Shown here in pieces: positions 1-9,075 of a DNA stretch of 39,348 nt. This DNA comes from Alphaproteobacteria bacterium UBA1218 (lineage in GTDB: Bacteria > Pseudomonadota > Alphaproteobacteria > Rs-D84), in contig DBXG01000018.1 of the NCBI GenBank assembly GCA_002309215.1, positions 1 to 39,348 of the forward strand. The letters are read 5' to 3'. Both the position numbers and the translations under genes were made by a program. The notes beneath the pieces were generated by a model, which made no database searches, was not told the DNA's origin, and saw only the letters and a list, made by a program, of their open reading frames with translations. Position 1 is the stretch's first letter. Every line of letters starts with the position of its first letter.

Positions 1-22
1 AGCATATACAATGCTGGGCACT

Positions 23-98
23 GGATGTATATCTCAGTTGGTAGGGCAACTGACTCTTAATCAGTGGGTCCAGGGTTCGAATCCCTGCGCGTCCACCA
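23..98 (+). tRNA. tRNA-Lys (anticodon CTT), with weakened acceptor and D stems
   Basis: 76-nt cloverleaf: anticodon arm ACTGA-CTCTTAA-TCAGT, T arm CAGGG-TTCGAAT-CCCTG, discriminator A and encoded CCA; A7-C66 and U10-C25 mismatches. Confidence 0.9.
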
Positions 99-134
99 AA
101 AACAATAGACCACCGTTTGGTGGTTTTTGTTTTT
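99..134 (+). terminator. Intrinsic terminator after tRNA-Lys
   Basis: ACCACC-gttt-GGTGGT hairpin followed by T-rich tract. Confidence 0.8.
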
Positions 135-203
135 GTAGCGCAAGTGGATGAGGTTGTTTAATGGTATCTTGAAAAATATGTTTTTTATGCTTAAATATGT
201 TTT

Positions 204-890
204 ATGAAAATAATAGATGCGCACAGCCATATTGATTGTATTACACACAGCCTGCAACCTGATGTTGTTGGGACTGTTTGTTGTACAACAGATGAATCTC
301 AATGGCCTGTTTTGGTTGATATGGCTAAACAAGATAGTAAGATTTATGCTTCTTTTGGTGTTCATCCATGGTTTGTTGAGTCTGCGAATAGTGATTTTGA
401 TAAACGTCTTGAACAGTTATTAAATCTTGATTCGAATTATATGGTTGGTGAAATAGGGCTGGATAAGTATAAACCAAATATGGATAAGCAGATTGATGTT
501 TTTATGAAACAGTTTGATGTGGCTGTTAAGTTAAATCGAACAGTATGTTTACATTGTGTCGGTGCGTGGGATAAAATATTACATATCTTAAAACAATATA
601 AAGAATCATCTTTGCCAATTATTGTTGCACATGCTTTTAATACAAATGATAGGGTTTTACAGCAATTATTGCGTTATGATAATATATTATTTTCTTTTAA
701 TAAAATTGATGTATACGGCAGAAAATGTTGTATAGCAGATATTCCAAATAATAAAATATTGGTTGAATCTGATGGAAATATTGATTCAGATTTGATAAAA
801 ATTGTTCAACTGATATCAGATATTAAAAATGATACAGATATGCCAAATATAATTTATAAGAACACACAAGGGGTTATAAAAAATGGATAG
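204..890 (+). CDS. TatD family metal-dependent hydrolase/DNase
   Basis: IIDAHSH, GVHPW, VGEIGLD, LHC, HAF and ILVESD motifs of TatD proteins. Confidence 0.9.
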   Translation: MKIIDAHSHIDCITHSLQPDVVGTVCCTTDESQWPVLVDMAKQDSKIYASFGVHPWFVESANSDFDKRLEQLLNLDSNYMVGEIGLDKYKPNMDKQIDVFMKQFDVAVKLNRTVCLHCVGAWDKILHILKQYKESSLPIIVAHAFNTNDRVLQQLLRYDNILFSFNKIDVYGRKCCIADIPNNKILVESDGNIDSDLIKIVQLISDIKNDTDMPNIIYKNTQGVIKNG

Positions 891-1557
891 ATTGCACAGA
901 ATAACTTTATTGTTGGGCGAAAATGCTATATCAAAATTGAAACATTCTACTGTTATGATTGTTGGATGTGGGGCTGTTGGTTCTTTTGCTGTTGAGGCTT
1001 TGGCGCGTTCGGGTGTTGGACATTTAATATTGGTTGATTTCGATAAGGTTGAAGAATCTAATATAAATCGTCAATTGTTTGCATTGAATTCTACAATTGG
1101 TAAACCCAAGGTTGAAATTGCAAAACAGCGTATTTATGATATCAATCCAGATATAGTTGTTGATGTGTTTGATATGTTTTTTGATGAAAATAATGCGCCA
1201 AATGTTAACCCTGATTTTGTTATAGATGCCATAGATACAGTGCAATCTAAAATCGCATTATATAAATGGTGCTCAACTAATAATATTGCTTTTATTTCAA
1301 GTATGGGGGCGGCACGTAAAACTGATATAACAAAGATAAAGGTTGCAAATATATCAAAAACATCTGTGTGTCCATTGGCATCAAAAATTCGTAGTCAAAT
1401 TCGTGAGTTGAATTTGCCAGATTTTCCAACCGTATACTCAACAGAAAGTGCAATTGCACAAGAAAATGGTGGTCGTGAATTTGGTTCTATTATAACTGTG
1501 ACGGGTGCGTTTGGGTTAACGCTGGCAGATTTTGTTATTAAAAAGTTAATACAATAA
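883..1557 (+). CDS. tcdA: tRNA threonylcarbamoyladenosine dehydratase (ThiF/TcdA family)
   Basis: VGCGAVGS nucleotide-binding loop, DFDKVEESNINRQ, DAID, SSMGAA, CPLA and VYSTE motifs; overlaps the tatD stop. Confidence 0.88.
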   Translation: MDRLHRITLLLGENAISKLKHSTVMIVGCGAVGSFAVEALARSGVGHLILVDFDKVEESNINRQLFALNSTIGKPKVEIAKQRIYDINPDIVVDVFDMFFDENNAPNVNPDFVIDAIDTVQSKIALYKWCSTNNIAFISSMGAARKTDITKIKVANISKTSVCPLASKIRSQIRELNLPDFPTVYSTESAIAQENGGREFGSIITVTGAFGLTLADFVIKKLIQ

Positions 1558-1687
1558 AAATCTTTCTATACAGCATATTTACTGGCTTTTAAGATTGTTG
1601 TCCTATGCATACATGCCTATGCAAATATGGTTTGTTGTCTGATAGAATGCAATTGTTGAGATTAATCAGCAACAAAAGGAGAAACTT

Positions 1688-2302
1688 ATGAAAAAACTTA
1701 TTGCTACATCGATGGCAGTATTAGTAGCAACACCTGCTTTGGCTGGTAGCTATGCTTACGAACAACAACCAACAGAATTTTTAGGTTGGAGTATTTTACC
1801 ATATGTCGCATTGCGTGGTGGCGCAACATATTCTAACTTGAATTATAAATTGGGTGGTGTAAAAGAAGATGTAACCTTGAATTCTTATCAGGTCAGAACC
1901 GCTTTGGGTTTAACTATGTATGATACAGCGCGTTTAGAAATTGAAGGTTCGTTCTTTACAAAAGATCACAAAACCCAAGATTTTGACGCGTTGACAGGTG
2001 TTGATGTTTCAGCCAGAAATATTGAATTGATGGCTAATGCGTATATGAATCTTGGCCATTTTAAATATATCCAACCATTTGCAGGTATCGGTGCAGGTTT
2101 GGCATTCATAGATACTGCTAATCGTATTGCAGGTGTCAAAGATCATAAAGATTCGACAAAATTCTCTGGTATGGGAACTTTGGGCTTATCAATGCCATTT
2201 GGCTGTTTTGCAGTTGATGTTGCAGCACGTTATAATTATGTTGATGTTGCTTCTGGAATGCATAATTTCAGCGGTGATATTGGTGTTCGTTATATGTTCT
2301 AA
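1688..2302 (+). CDS. Outer membrane beta-barrel protein (OmpA-like/opacity-type, probably 8-stranded)
   Basis: Signal peptide ending PALA, RLEIEG, LMANAY, PFAGIGAG strands, C-terminal GVRYMF; AGGAG RBS. Confidence 0.85.
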   Translation: MKKLIATSMAVLVATPALAGSYAYEQQPTEFLGWSILPYVALRGGATYSNLNYKLGGVKEDVTLNSYQVRTALGLTMYDTARLEIEGSFFTKDHKTQDFDALTGVDVSARNIELMANAYMNLGHFKYIQPFAGIGAGLAFIDTANRIAGVKDHKDSTKFSGMGTLGLSMPFGCFAVDVAARYNYVDVASGMHNFSGDIGVRYMF

Positions 2303-2324
2303 ACATCGATTGTATACCTTGTTT

Positions 2325-2352
2325 AAGTCCCGTTTTTTAACGGGATTTTTTT
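2325..2352 (+). terminator. Intrinsic terminator
   Basis: TCCCGTT-tttt-AACGGGA followed by T7. Confidence 0.85.
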
Positions 2353-2392
2353 ATTGCTAGGGATTTTTTCTCTGTGCTAGTATTAAGGGGTT

Positions 2393-3820
2393 ATGAAATG
2401 GTATTCATTGTGTTTTTGTTGTTGTTTTATAACTGCTACAAGCAGTGCTTTGTGTGAAAATATAATAACAGTTAATGCAAATGAAATTCGTGATATTTCA
2501 CCTTTGACACAAGATACAAAGTTATACAATTATGGAATAATAAATTCTGATATAGTGACAAATGGTCATAATTTTGATGTTTATAATTATGGCACGATTA
2601 GCGGAACAATTAATGCTGACTGCGGTTTCGTTAATCAACATATTGATTCAGTTGATGCATTTCATAGCGTGACTTTGGATAGCGGTAACTATTTATATGT
2701 TTATATAAATGGTGTGCATGACATTACTTTAACAGATTTGATGAATCTGGGGAATGCAGAAAATTTTGATATTACTAATTCTTCAATTGTGATTGATGAT
2801 TTGGTTGCGTGGAATAATTGGGGGCAATCGGCAGAATTGGACAGAACAAACACATTGATTTTTTCGAGTCCGAGTGTTGTGCAAGCCGGTGATGTTATAA
2901 ATCATGTCAGCGAAAATCTTGCTGTGTCGGTTCTGGGACTTGATCCGGCCAGCGTACCGTCGCTTTCGTCAAGTTATGGTTCGTGGATTATCAATTTTGG
3001 TCCAAATCCCAATTATCCGCTGTCTAATGTTTTGAATAGTGTAAATAGCGCTGAAGATAAAAATCGCATCAAGCACATGTCGTACCATTTTAACCCAGAT
3101 AAATTGATGAATCCTGTTAAGACAATAAACAAGTTTATGACATCAAATATAGCGATGTATAAAAATGCTCTATACAGCGGATTGTCTGGCTCTTATATTA
3201 TGTCTGATAAAACTGATGCGTATGGATTTAATTTAAGTGTCAAGGGAAAATATGACGATATGTATTTAAGCGCAGATTTCAATTTTCATGATTTTAGTTA
3301 TCAAGATGATTACAATGATTTTGATGGTTTGATGTATGGTTTTAATGTCGGAGTGAAAACATATTTTGATAATTTGTGGCTTGATGGAACATTGGGTTTG
3401 TCGTTTATTGACTTTGATGCAGATAATATTTTATATAATGACGAAACTAGAAACGATCCGTTTGGTTTGGGTTGGTACGGAACAGTAGATTTAGGTTATG
3501 ATTATGCTTTGATGACGGATTTGATCGTTTCACCCTTTATTGGGACATCTATTGCAACATATTGGCTATATGACATCAATGATACAGATTATAATATTCG
3601 TGGTGGTAGCAAGGTTGAGTATTCTTTTGTTGTGGATAATATCAAATACGAATATAGCGGAACAGGTGCAATCAGTGCCGATGGTGATTTATACGGTACA
3701 TTAAAAGTTGGCTTTGTGTCTGAAATAGATAATGCAGGGTTGGCACTTGGATTTGATGTGTTGAAAACAGACGAAGAAACAGGATATAAAATATCTGTCA
3801 CTGGTCACATCTCTTTTTAA
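2393..3820 (+). CDS. Autotransporter-like outer membrane protein (short Asn/Ile-rich passenger, C-terminal barrel)
   Basis: N-terminal signal-like segment, repeated YNYG beta-helix-like motifs, alternating aromatic strands (DLGYDY, SPFIG), terminal Phe. Confidence 0.65.
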   Translation: MKWYSLCFCCCFITATSSALCENIITVNANEIRDISPLTQDTKLYNYGIINSDIVTNGHNFDVYNYGTISGTINADCGFVNQHIDSVDAFHSVTLDSGNYLYVYINGVHDITLTDLMNLGNAENFDITNSSIVIDDLVAWNNWGQSAELDRTNTLIFSSPSVVQAGDVINHVSENLAVSVLGLDPASVPSLSSSYGSWIINFGPNPNYPLSNVLNSVNSAEDKNRIKHMSYHFNPDKLMNPVKTINKFMTSNIAMYKNALYSGLSGSYIMSDKTDAYGFNLSVKGKYDDMYLSADFNFHDFSYQDDYNDFDGLMYGFNVGVKTYFDNLWLDGTLGLSFIDFDADNILYNDETRNDPFGLGWYGTVDLGYDYALMTDLIVSPFIGTSIATYWLYDINDTDYNIRGGSKVEYSFVVDNIKYEYSGTGAISADGDLYGTLKVGFVSEIDNAGLALGFDVLKTDEETGYKISVTGHISF

Positions 3821-3823
3821 GAG

Positions 3824-5134
3824 CTATTTGATTATTTCGCCACGCAAAGATGCTTTGTTTGCATCTGTGATTTTGATTTTTTGTAGTGGTGATATTTCGT
3901 AATCTGGTTTATCGACAATGCATTGTTGCATATATGGTGTACGAAACACTAAATGACGTCCAGTTTTATCGTTTCCTTCGCATAAACAAATCATTTCTTT
4001 GCCGATGCAGGATATATTAAATTCGCGTTGATTTTCATTTAATTGAAAATCTAACCTCTGTAAACGAACAGATTTTATTTGTTCGCTGATTTGGTTGTGC
4101 ATCAATGCAGCTGCTGTATGCGGGCGAGGCGAATATTTGAAAGAATACGAATTTATATATTTGATTTCTTGTGCGATATCCAAAGTTTGCGCGAAATCTT
4201 CATCTGTTTCATCTGGAAAACCAACAATAAAATCAGACGATATTTGAATATCTGGTCGAACAGATTTAAGTTTTTTTACTATGTTTTTATAGTTGTCTAA
4301 ATCGTCAGGGCGATTCATCAATTTTAGTATGCGTGGCGAACCACTCTGAATTGGCATGTTCAGGAACGGTAATAATTTTGGCTCTGTCCCAAACATTTCA
4401 ATTAAATCGTCAGTCATTTCTGTTGGATAACTGGATGTAAAGCGTATACGGCTGATTTTGGGCAGTTTAGCCGTTTCACGAATTAAGTCGGACAAACGAT
4501 ATAATTTACCATTTGCGTCTGTGTATTTATAGCCATTTACATTTTGTCCTAAAAAACAAATTTCAATCGCACCTGTTTTTGCAGCGTTTATTGTATCGCG
4601 CATAACATCATCAAATGGACGTGATAATTCGCGACCACGTGTATATGGGACAATGCAATATGTGCAACAATGGTTGCAACCTTCTTGAATGGGTATATAT
4701 GCCACCGTCGGTGATTTAGTCATTTGTGGCAATTCATCAAATTTTTCCAAACCACCTAAATCGATATTTAATAATTTAGTATCTGGATTTTTTATGATTT
4801 CTGGCAATTTGTGATAACTTTGTGGCCCCAAAACAAAATTCAATTCTGGTATGCGACGGAAAGCATCCCCCCCAGATTCGCGTGCTACACAACCAACAAT
4901 ACCGAGTAGGGCAGATTCTTTCTTTGCACGTCTGATACGACCAAGTGCAGAATAAACTTTGTCAGTTGCTTTTGCACGAACAGCGCATGTGTTTAATATG
5001 ATTAAATCAGCATCACTTATATCATCTGTTGAAACCCAATTTTTTGATTCCAGCATAGCAGCGATACGCTGACCGTCATATACGTTCATTTGACAACCAA
5101 ATGTCTGAATAAAGAATTTCTGCTGTATTGCCAT
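3824..5134 (-). CDS. miaB: tRNA-2-methylthio-N6-dimethylallyladenosine synthase MiaB
   Basis: TFGCQMNVYD, LNTCAVR, GCVA, radical SAM CNHCCTYC, SDFIVGFP, YSPRPHT, TRAM-like C-terminus. Confidence 0.95.
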   Translation of the reverse strand: MAIQQKFFIQTFGCQMNVYDGQRIAAMLESKNWVSTDDISDADLIILNTCAVRAKATDKVYSALGRIRRAKKESALLGIVGCVARESGGDAFRRIPELNFVLGPQSYHKLPEIIKNPDTKLLNIDLGGLEKFDELPQMTKSPTVAYIPIQEGCNHCCTYCIVPYTRGRELSRPFDDVMRDTINAAKTGAIEICFLGQNVNGYKYTDANGKLYRLSDLIRETAKLPKISRIRFTSSYPTEMTDDLIEMFGTEPKLLPFLNMPIQSGSPRILKLMNRPDDLDNYKNIVKKLKSVRPDIQISSDFIVGFPDETDEDFAQTLDIAQEIKYINSYSFKYSPRPHTAAALMHNQISEQIKSVRLQRLDFQLNENQREFNISCIGKEMICLCEGNDKTGRHLVFRTPYMQQCIVDKPDYEISPLQKIKITDANKASLRGEIIK

Positions 5135-5135
5135 A

Positions 5136-6665
5136 TTAGTCAGCCAATTTTTGTTTTAATAAATCACTTACCATTGCAGGATTTGCCTGACCATGTGTTG
5201 CCTTCATAACATTACCAACAAAGAACCCAAGCAAGCCAACCTTGCCAGATTTATATTGTTCAACCTGGGCAGGATTGTTTTTGATTACTTCGTCCACAGC
5301 AGATTCAATCGCACCGGTATCTGTTATTTGTTTCATTCCATGTTTATCTGCGATTTCATGAATTGTTCCGCGTTCACCATCTAACATTTTGATAAATATT
5401 TCTTTTGCCTGTTTACCATTGATTTCGTTTGATGCAATCATATCAACCAATTCAGTAATGTTTTCAGGTGTAATAATGCGTGGCGCATCGGGATCGGTAT
5501 GTTCACGAATTTCATTTGTGATATCCATATTTTCAGGATGCGCAAATAATTCAGAAATCAACCAGTTTGCAACCGGCTTTGCACGTTCTTTCTTGCCGTT
5601 TACAGCGGTATCATACCAATGTGAAATATCTGTTGTTTCGGTTAAACGTGTTGCATCATATTCTGACAGACCATATTCATTGATATATCTTGCGCGTGTT
5701 GCAGACGGTAATTCAGGCATTGTTTTACGAATACGTTCAATGTCTTCATCTGTGATTTCCAGTTCCAGTAAATCTGGGTCTGGGAAATAACGATAATCAA
5801 GTGCGTCTTCTTTGCTACGCAAGATAGATGTTGTGCCGTCACCTTGATTATATCGCATAGTATTACGTTCAATAGTACCACCGTTTTCCAAGATTTCTAT
5901 CTGGCGTTTTGCTTCGTATTCAATAGCATTCTTAATAAATTTGAAAGATACCATGTTTTTGATTTCGCATCTTTCGTTAAAATATTTTGCGCCCACAGGA
6001 CGAACAGAAACATTGACGTCTGCGCGCATTGAACCTTCTTCCATGTTTGCCTTGGATACACCCAGTGCACGTGCTATTTCACGTATTTGACGCAGATATT
6101 TTTCTGCTTCATCAGGTGAAGTCACAAATTGTTTTTCATCTGGTTTTTCCAAATCTACAAATGCCACAATTTCCAATAATGTCACTCCGGTACGATTGTA
6201 ATCAGCAAAAGATTTTGTAGGGTGCATATCGTGTTTCAATTTTCCAGCATCTTGTTCCAAGTGTGCACGTTCAATTAAAATCTTTTTTGGATTACCATCA
6301 TCGCCAATAATTTCAATCCAACCGCGACCGACCACAGGTGGTTCATTTATGGGTTGTGAAATTTGATAACCCTGGGGCAAGTCAGGATAAAAATACTGTT
6401 TGCGGGCAAAACGGCTGTGTTTAGAGATTTCAGCGTTGATTCCCAAACCGAATTTAATAGCCTGCTCAACACAGTATTTATTCAATACTGGCAACATACC
6501 AGGCATTGCAACATCGACCATACATGCCTGGGTATTTGGGGCAACTGTCGGATTATAATCAGCAGATGCGCCACTAAAAATCTTGCTGTTGGATAAAACT
6601 TCTATATGAGTTTCCAAACCTATAACTACTTCCCAATCTGTTGTTTTGCCTTTTATCGTAAACAT
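5136..6665 (-). CDS. gatB: Asp/Glu-tRNA amidotransferase subunit B (start moved to MFTIKGK; the longer ORF start overlaps the tRNA)
   Basis: VIGLETH, PGMLPVLN, YFYPDLPQGYQISQ, EEGSMRADVNVS, DYRYFPDPDL, GFFVGNVMK. Confidence 0.97.
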   Translation of the reverse strand: MFTIKGKTTDWEVVIGLETHIEVLSNSKIFSGASADYNPTVAPNTQACMVDVAMPGMLPVLNKYCVEQAIKFGLGINAEISKHSRFARKQYFYPDLPQGYQISQPINEPPVVGRGWIEIIGDDGNPKKILIERAHLEQDAGKLKHDMHPTKSFADYNRTGVTLLEIVAFVDLEKPDEKQFVTSPDEAEKYLRQIREIARALGVSKANMEEGSMRADVNVSVRPVGAKYFNERCEIKNMVSFKFIKNAIEYEAKRQIEILENGGTIERNTMRYNQGDGTTSILRSKEDALDYRYFPDPDLLELEITDEDIERIRKTMPELPSATRARYINEYGLSEYDATRLTETTDISHWYDTAVNGKKERAKPVANWLISELFAHPENMDITNEIREHTDPDAPRIITPENITELVDMIASNEINGKQAKEIFIKMLDGERGTIHEIADKHGMKQITDTGAIESAVDEVIKNNPAQVEQYKSGKVGLLGFFVGNVMKATHGQANPAMVSDLLKQKLAD

Positions 6666-6677
6666 TTTAATTTTTCC

Positions 6678-6706
6678 TTGCTTTTTCGTTTTTAATATCT
6701 TATTAT
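6678..6706 (+). promoter_or_regulatory. Probable sigma70 promoter for tRNA-Phe, overlapping the gatB ribosome-binding region on the other strand
   Basis: TTGCTT-17 bp-TATTAT ending 10 bp before the tRNA. Confidence 0.6.
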
Positions 6707-6716
6707 GCAGTCCGTT

Positions 6717-6792
6717 GGCTAGATAGCTCAGTTGGTAGAGCAAGGGACTGAAAATCCCTGTGTCAGTAGTTCGATTCTACTTCTAGCCACCA
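6717..6792 (+). tRNA. tRNA-Phe (anticodon GAA)
   Basis: Fully paired cloverleaf: GGCTAGA/TCTAGCC, GCTC/GAGC, AGGGA-CTGAAAA-TCCCT, AGTAG-TTCGATT-CTACT, ACCA; T8 follows. Confidence 0.98.
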
Positions 6793-6804
6793 TTTTTTTT
6801 ACCC

Positions 6805-8274
6805 CTAGTTTCCCATTATCTTTGTTGGACGGTTATCAAATGCAGACGCGGTTTCGATATGTTTTGCCAGTTGCAACATTTGCATATCCTTGAAACGTGG
6901 TGCCACAACCTGCATACCCAATGGTAAACCGTCCTGGGTTAAGCCACATGGAACACTGCATGCAGGAATGCCAGCCAGGTTCATCGCCACAGTGAATAAA
7001 TCCAGAGCATAATATTCCAATGGTGTTAAGTCTGAGTTTAATGGTAATGCAGGACCGGCGCTTGATGGACATACAATTAAATCACATTGTTCAAATGCCT
7101 TGTTAAAGCTATCCGCAATCATACGGCGAACGCGCGCAGCCTGCAGGAAATATACATCATAAGATTGACTGGATAATACTGCAGTTCCAATTAAAATACG
7201 ACGTTTGGCTTCTTCGCCAAAGCCAGCAGAACGTGTCTTTTTATATGTATCTTCTAAATCTGTACCTTCAACACGCAAACCATAACGCATACCATCATAA
7301 CGTGCCAAATTCGATGAAGCCTCTGCTGGTGCGATGATATAATAGGCAGCCAGAGCGTCCAAAATATTTGGAATTGAAACTTCTACAATATCTGCGCCCA
7401 TAGATTTCAAATCATTGATACGTTTTGCAAATAGATTTTTCATATCGTCAGATATTTTGACAGAATCAAATTCTTTGATAACGCCGATACGCAATTTTTT
7501 ACCATCACCCAAGATTGGTTTTAATTCGCCGTCAAAATTGAATTTTGCATTTGGACTGCTGGTTGAATCTTTTGGATCGTGTCCAGCCATCACAGATAAT
7601 AACAGTGCTGCATCATCAACTGTTCTGGCGATTGGACCAGGTGTATCAAGACTGGATGCAAATGCAACACAACCCCAACGCGAACACAAACCGTATGTTG
7701 GTTTTACACCGACCAAGCCGGTAATAGCGCATGGAAAACGAATTGATCCACCGGTATCTGTTCCGGTTGCACCGATTGCCAAACCAGAAGTCACGCAACT
7801 CGTTGAGCCACCAGATGAACCACCAGCGGTTAAACGTTTCTCTAATTGCCATGGACTGACAGGTGCACCAAAGAAACTGGTCTTGCTGAAAGTGCCCATT
7901 GCGAATTCATCAAGGTTTGATTTTCCAAGTAATACAGAACCAGAGTCAATAAAGTTTTGTGAAATTGTAGATTCATATTGTGGAACAAAGTTTTCCAATA
8001 TATGCGAAGCAGCCGTTGTGCGTATACCACGTGTTGCAAACAAATCTTTCATCGCGATTGGCATACCGTCCAAAGCCTTGGTTTCGCCAGATGCATAACG
8101 TTTGTCAGATTCTTCTGCGTCACTTAATGCACGTTCAGGTGTTGTTGTGATATAGCAATTTAATTCTTTGCCAAATTTTTCAATACGTGCCAGATATGCA
8201 CGTGTCAATTCCACAGCCGAAATAGAACGGTCTTTCAATTTTGCCAATGCTTGTTTTATGGTTAAATCTATCAT
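6805..8274 (-). CDS. gatA: Asp/Glu-tRNA amidotransferase subunit A
   Basis: Amidase signature GKSNLDEFAMG, GGSSGGS, GTDTGGSIR, AEASSNLARYDG. Confidence 0.97.
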   Translation of the reverse strand: MIDLTIKQALAKLKDRSISAVELTRAYLARIEKFGKELNCYITTTPERALSDAEESDKRYASGETKALDGMPIAMKDLFATRGIRTTAASHILENFVPQYESTISQNFIDSGSVLLGKSNLDEFAMGTFSKTSFFGAPVSPWQLEKRLTAGGSSGGSTSCVTSGLAIGATGTDTGGSIRFPCAITGLVGVKPTYGLCSRWGCVAFASSLDTPGPIARTVDDAALLLSVMAGHDPKDSTSSPNAKFNFDGELKPILGDGKKLRIGVIKEFDSVKISDDMKNLFAKRINDLKSMGADIVEVSIPNILDALAAYYIIAPAEASSNLARYDGMRYGLRVEGTDLEDTYKKTRSAGFGEEAKRRILIGTAVLSSQSYDVYFLQAARVRRMIADSFNKAFEQCDLIVCPSSAGPALPLNSDLTPLEYYALDLFTVAMNLAGIPACSVPCGLTQDGLPLGMQVVAPRFKDMQMLQLAKHIETASAFDNRPTKIMGN

Positions 8275-8292
8275 AATTATTCCCCTTATATT

Positions 8293-8589
8293 TTAATCGC
8301 CGTCCATAACTTTTGGTACTGCAAAATAGCCACGTGATACACCAGTGGTATCAGGGTCATTTGCGAGTATTTCATTACGCATATTTGGTTCGGTCACCAC
8401 ATCTTCGCGTAAGGGTAATTTATGTTCGCATGGGCTGAGCATTGGTTCAACACCAGTTGTGTCAATTTTCTGTAATTTATCAATCCATTCAATAACAGAA
8501 TCGATATTCATTTTTTCCAATTGTTCGTCAGATACATCAATTTTGATTAAATCTGCGAATTTGTGTAATTGTTGCTTGCTAAATGCCAT
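8293..8589 (-). CDS. gatC: Asp/Glu-tRNA amidotransferase subunit C (start at MAFSKQ)
   Basis: IDTTGVEP, LREDVV, ILAN, YFAVPKV; directly upstream of gatA. Confidence 0.93.
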   Translation of the reverse strand: MAFSKQQLHKFADLIKIDVSDEQLEKMNIDSVIEWIDKLQKIDTTGVEPMLSPCEHKLPLREDVVTEPNMRNEILANDPDTTGVSRGYFAVPKVMDGD

Positions 8590-8628
8590 TTGAAATCCTA
8601 TTATTCTGAAAGTCAAAGGATTATAACA

Positions 8629-9075
8629 ATGATTTTACCAAATTACAAGGATTTTCCGCAGGTTGGACGCATAATCGGGCTTGATTGGGGGCTCAGACGT
8701 TGCGGTGTCGCTTTGTCGGACGAAAAACGTGATTTTGTGTTTGAAAGACCGCAAATTACCATAAAAAATCAAAATGAATTGGTTGATGCTATGTTGCGTT
8801 TAATTGGCGAAGAACAGGTTGTTGGTATTGTGATTGGTTTGCCTTTACATACAGATGGAACGGATTCTGAAACGACGAAGGCTGTGCGTGAATTTGCAGA
8901 TATGTTGGTAGCCAAGGCTGATTTGCCAATTATTTTTATCGAAGAAAACCTGACCAGTGCAACCGCAGAACAGGAAATAGGACACAAGAATATGTCCAAG
9001 ATGAAACAGAAACTTGATTCTGTATCAGCCAGAATTATTCTGGAAAACGCAATAGCAATGTTGAAAAGGTTTTAA
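8629..9075 (+). CDS. ruvX: RuvX/YqgF family nuclease (start at MILPNY)
   Basis: IGLDWGLRRCGVALSD, IVIGLP, EENLTS, LDSVSARIIL motifs; divergent from gatC. Confidence 0.92.
   Translation: MILPNYKDFPQVGRIIGLDWGLRRCGVALSDEKRDFVFERPQITIKNQNELVDAMLRLIGEEQVVGIVIGLPLHTDGTDSETTKAVREFADMLVAKADLPIIFIEENLTSATAEQEIGHKNMSKMKQKLDSVSARIILENAIAMLKRF

Noticed and set aside
6666-6743. N-terminal extension of the gatB ORF
   Set aside because: Runs into the tRNA-Phe gene; an RBS-preceded ATG at 6665 fits GatB better
7415-8098. 227-aa plus-strand ORF
   Set aside because: Antisense shadow of gatA with no recognisable motifs; the same applies to most short ORFs overlapping core genes
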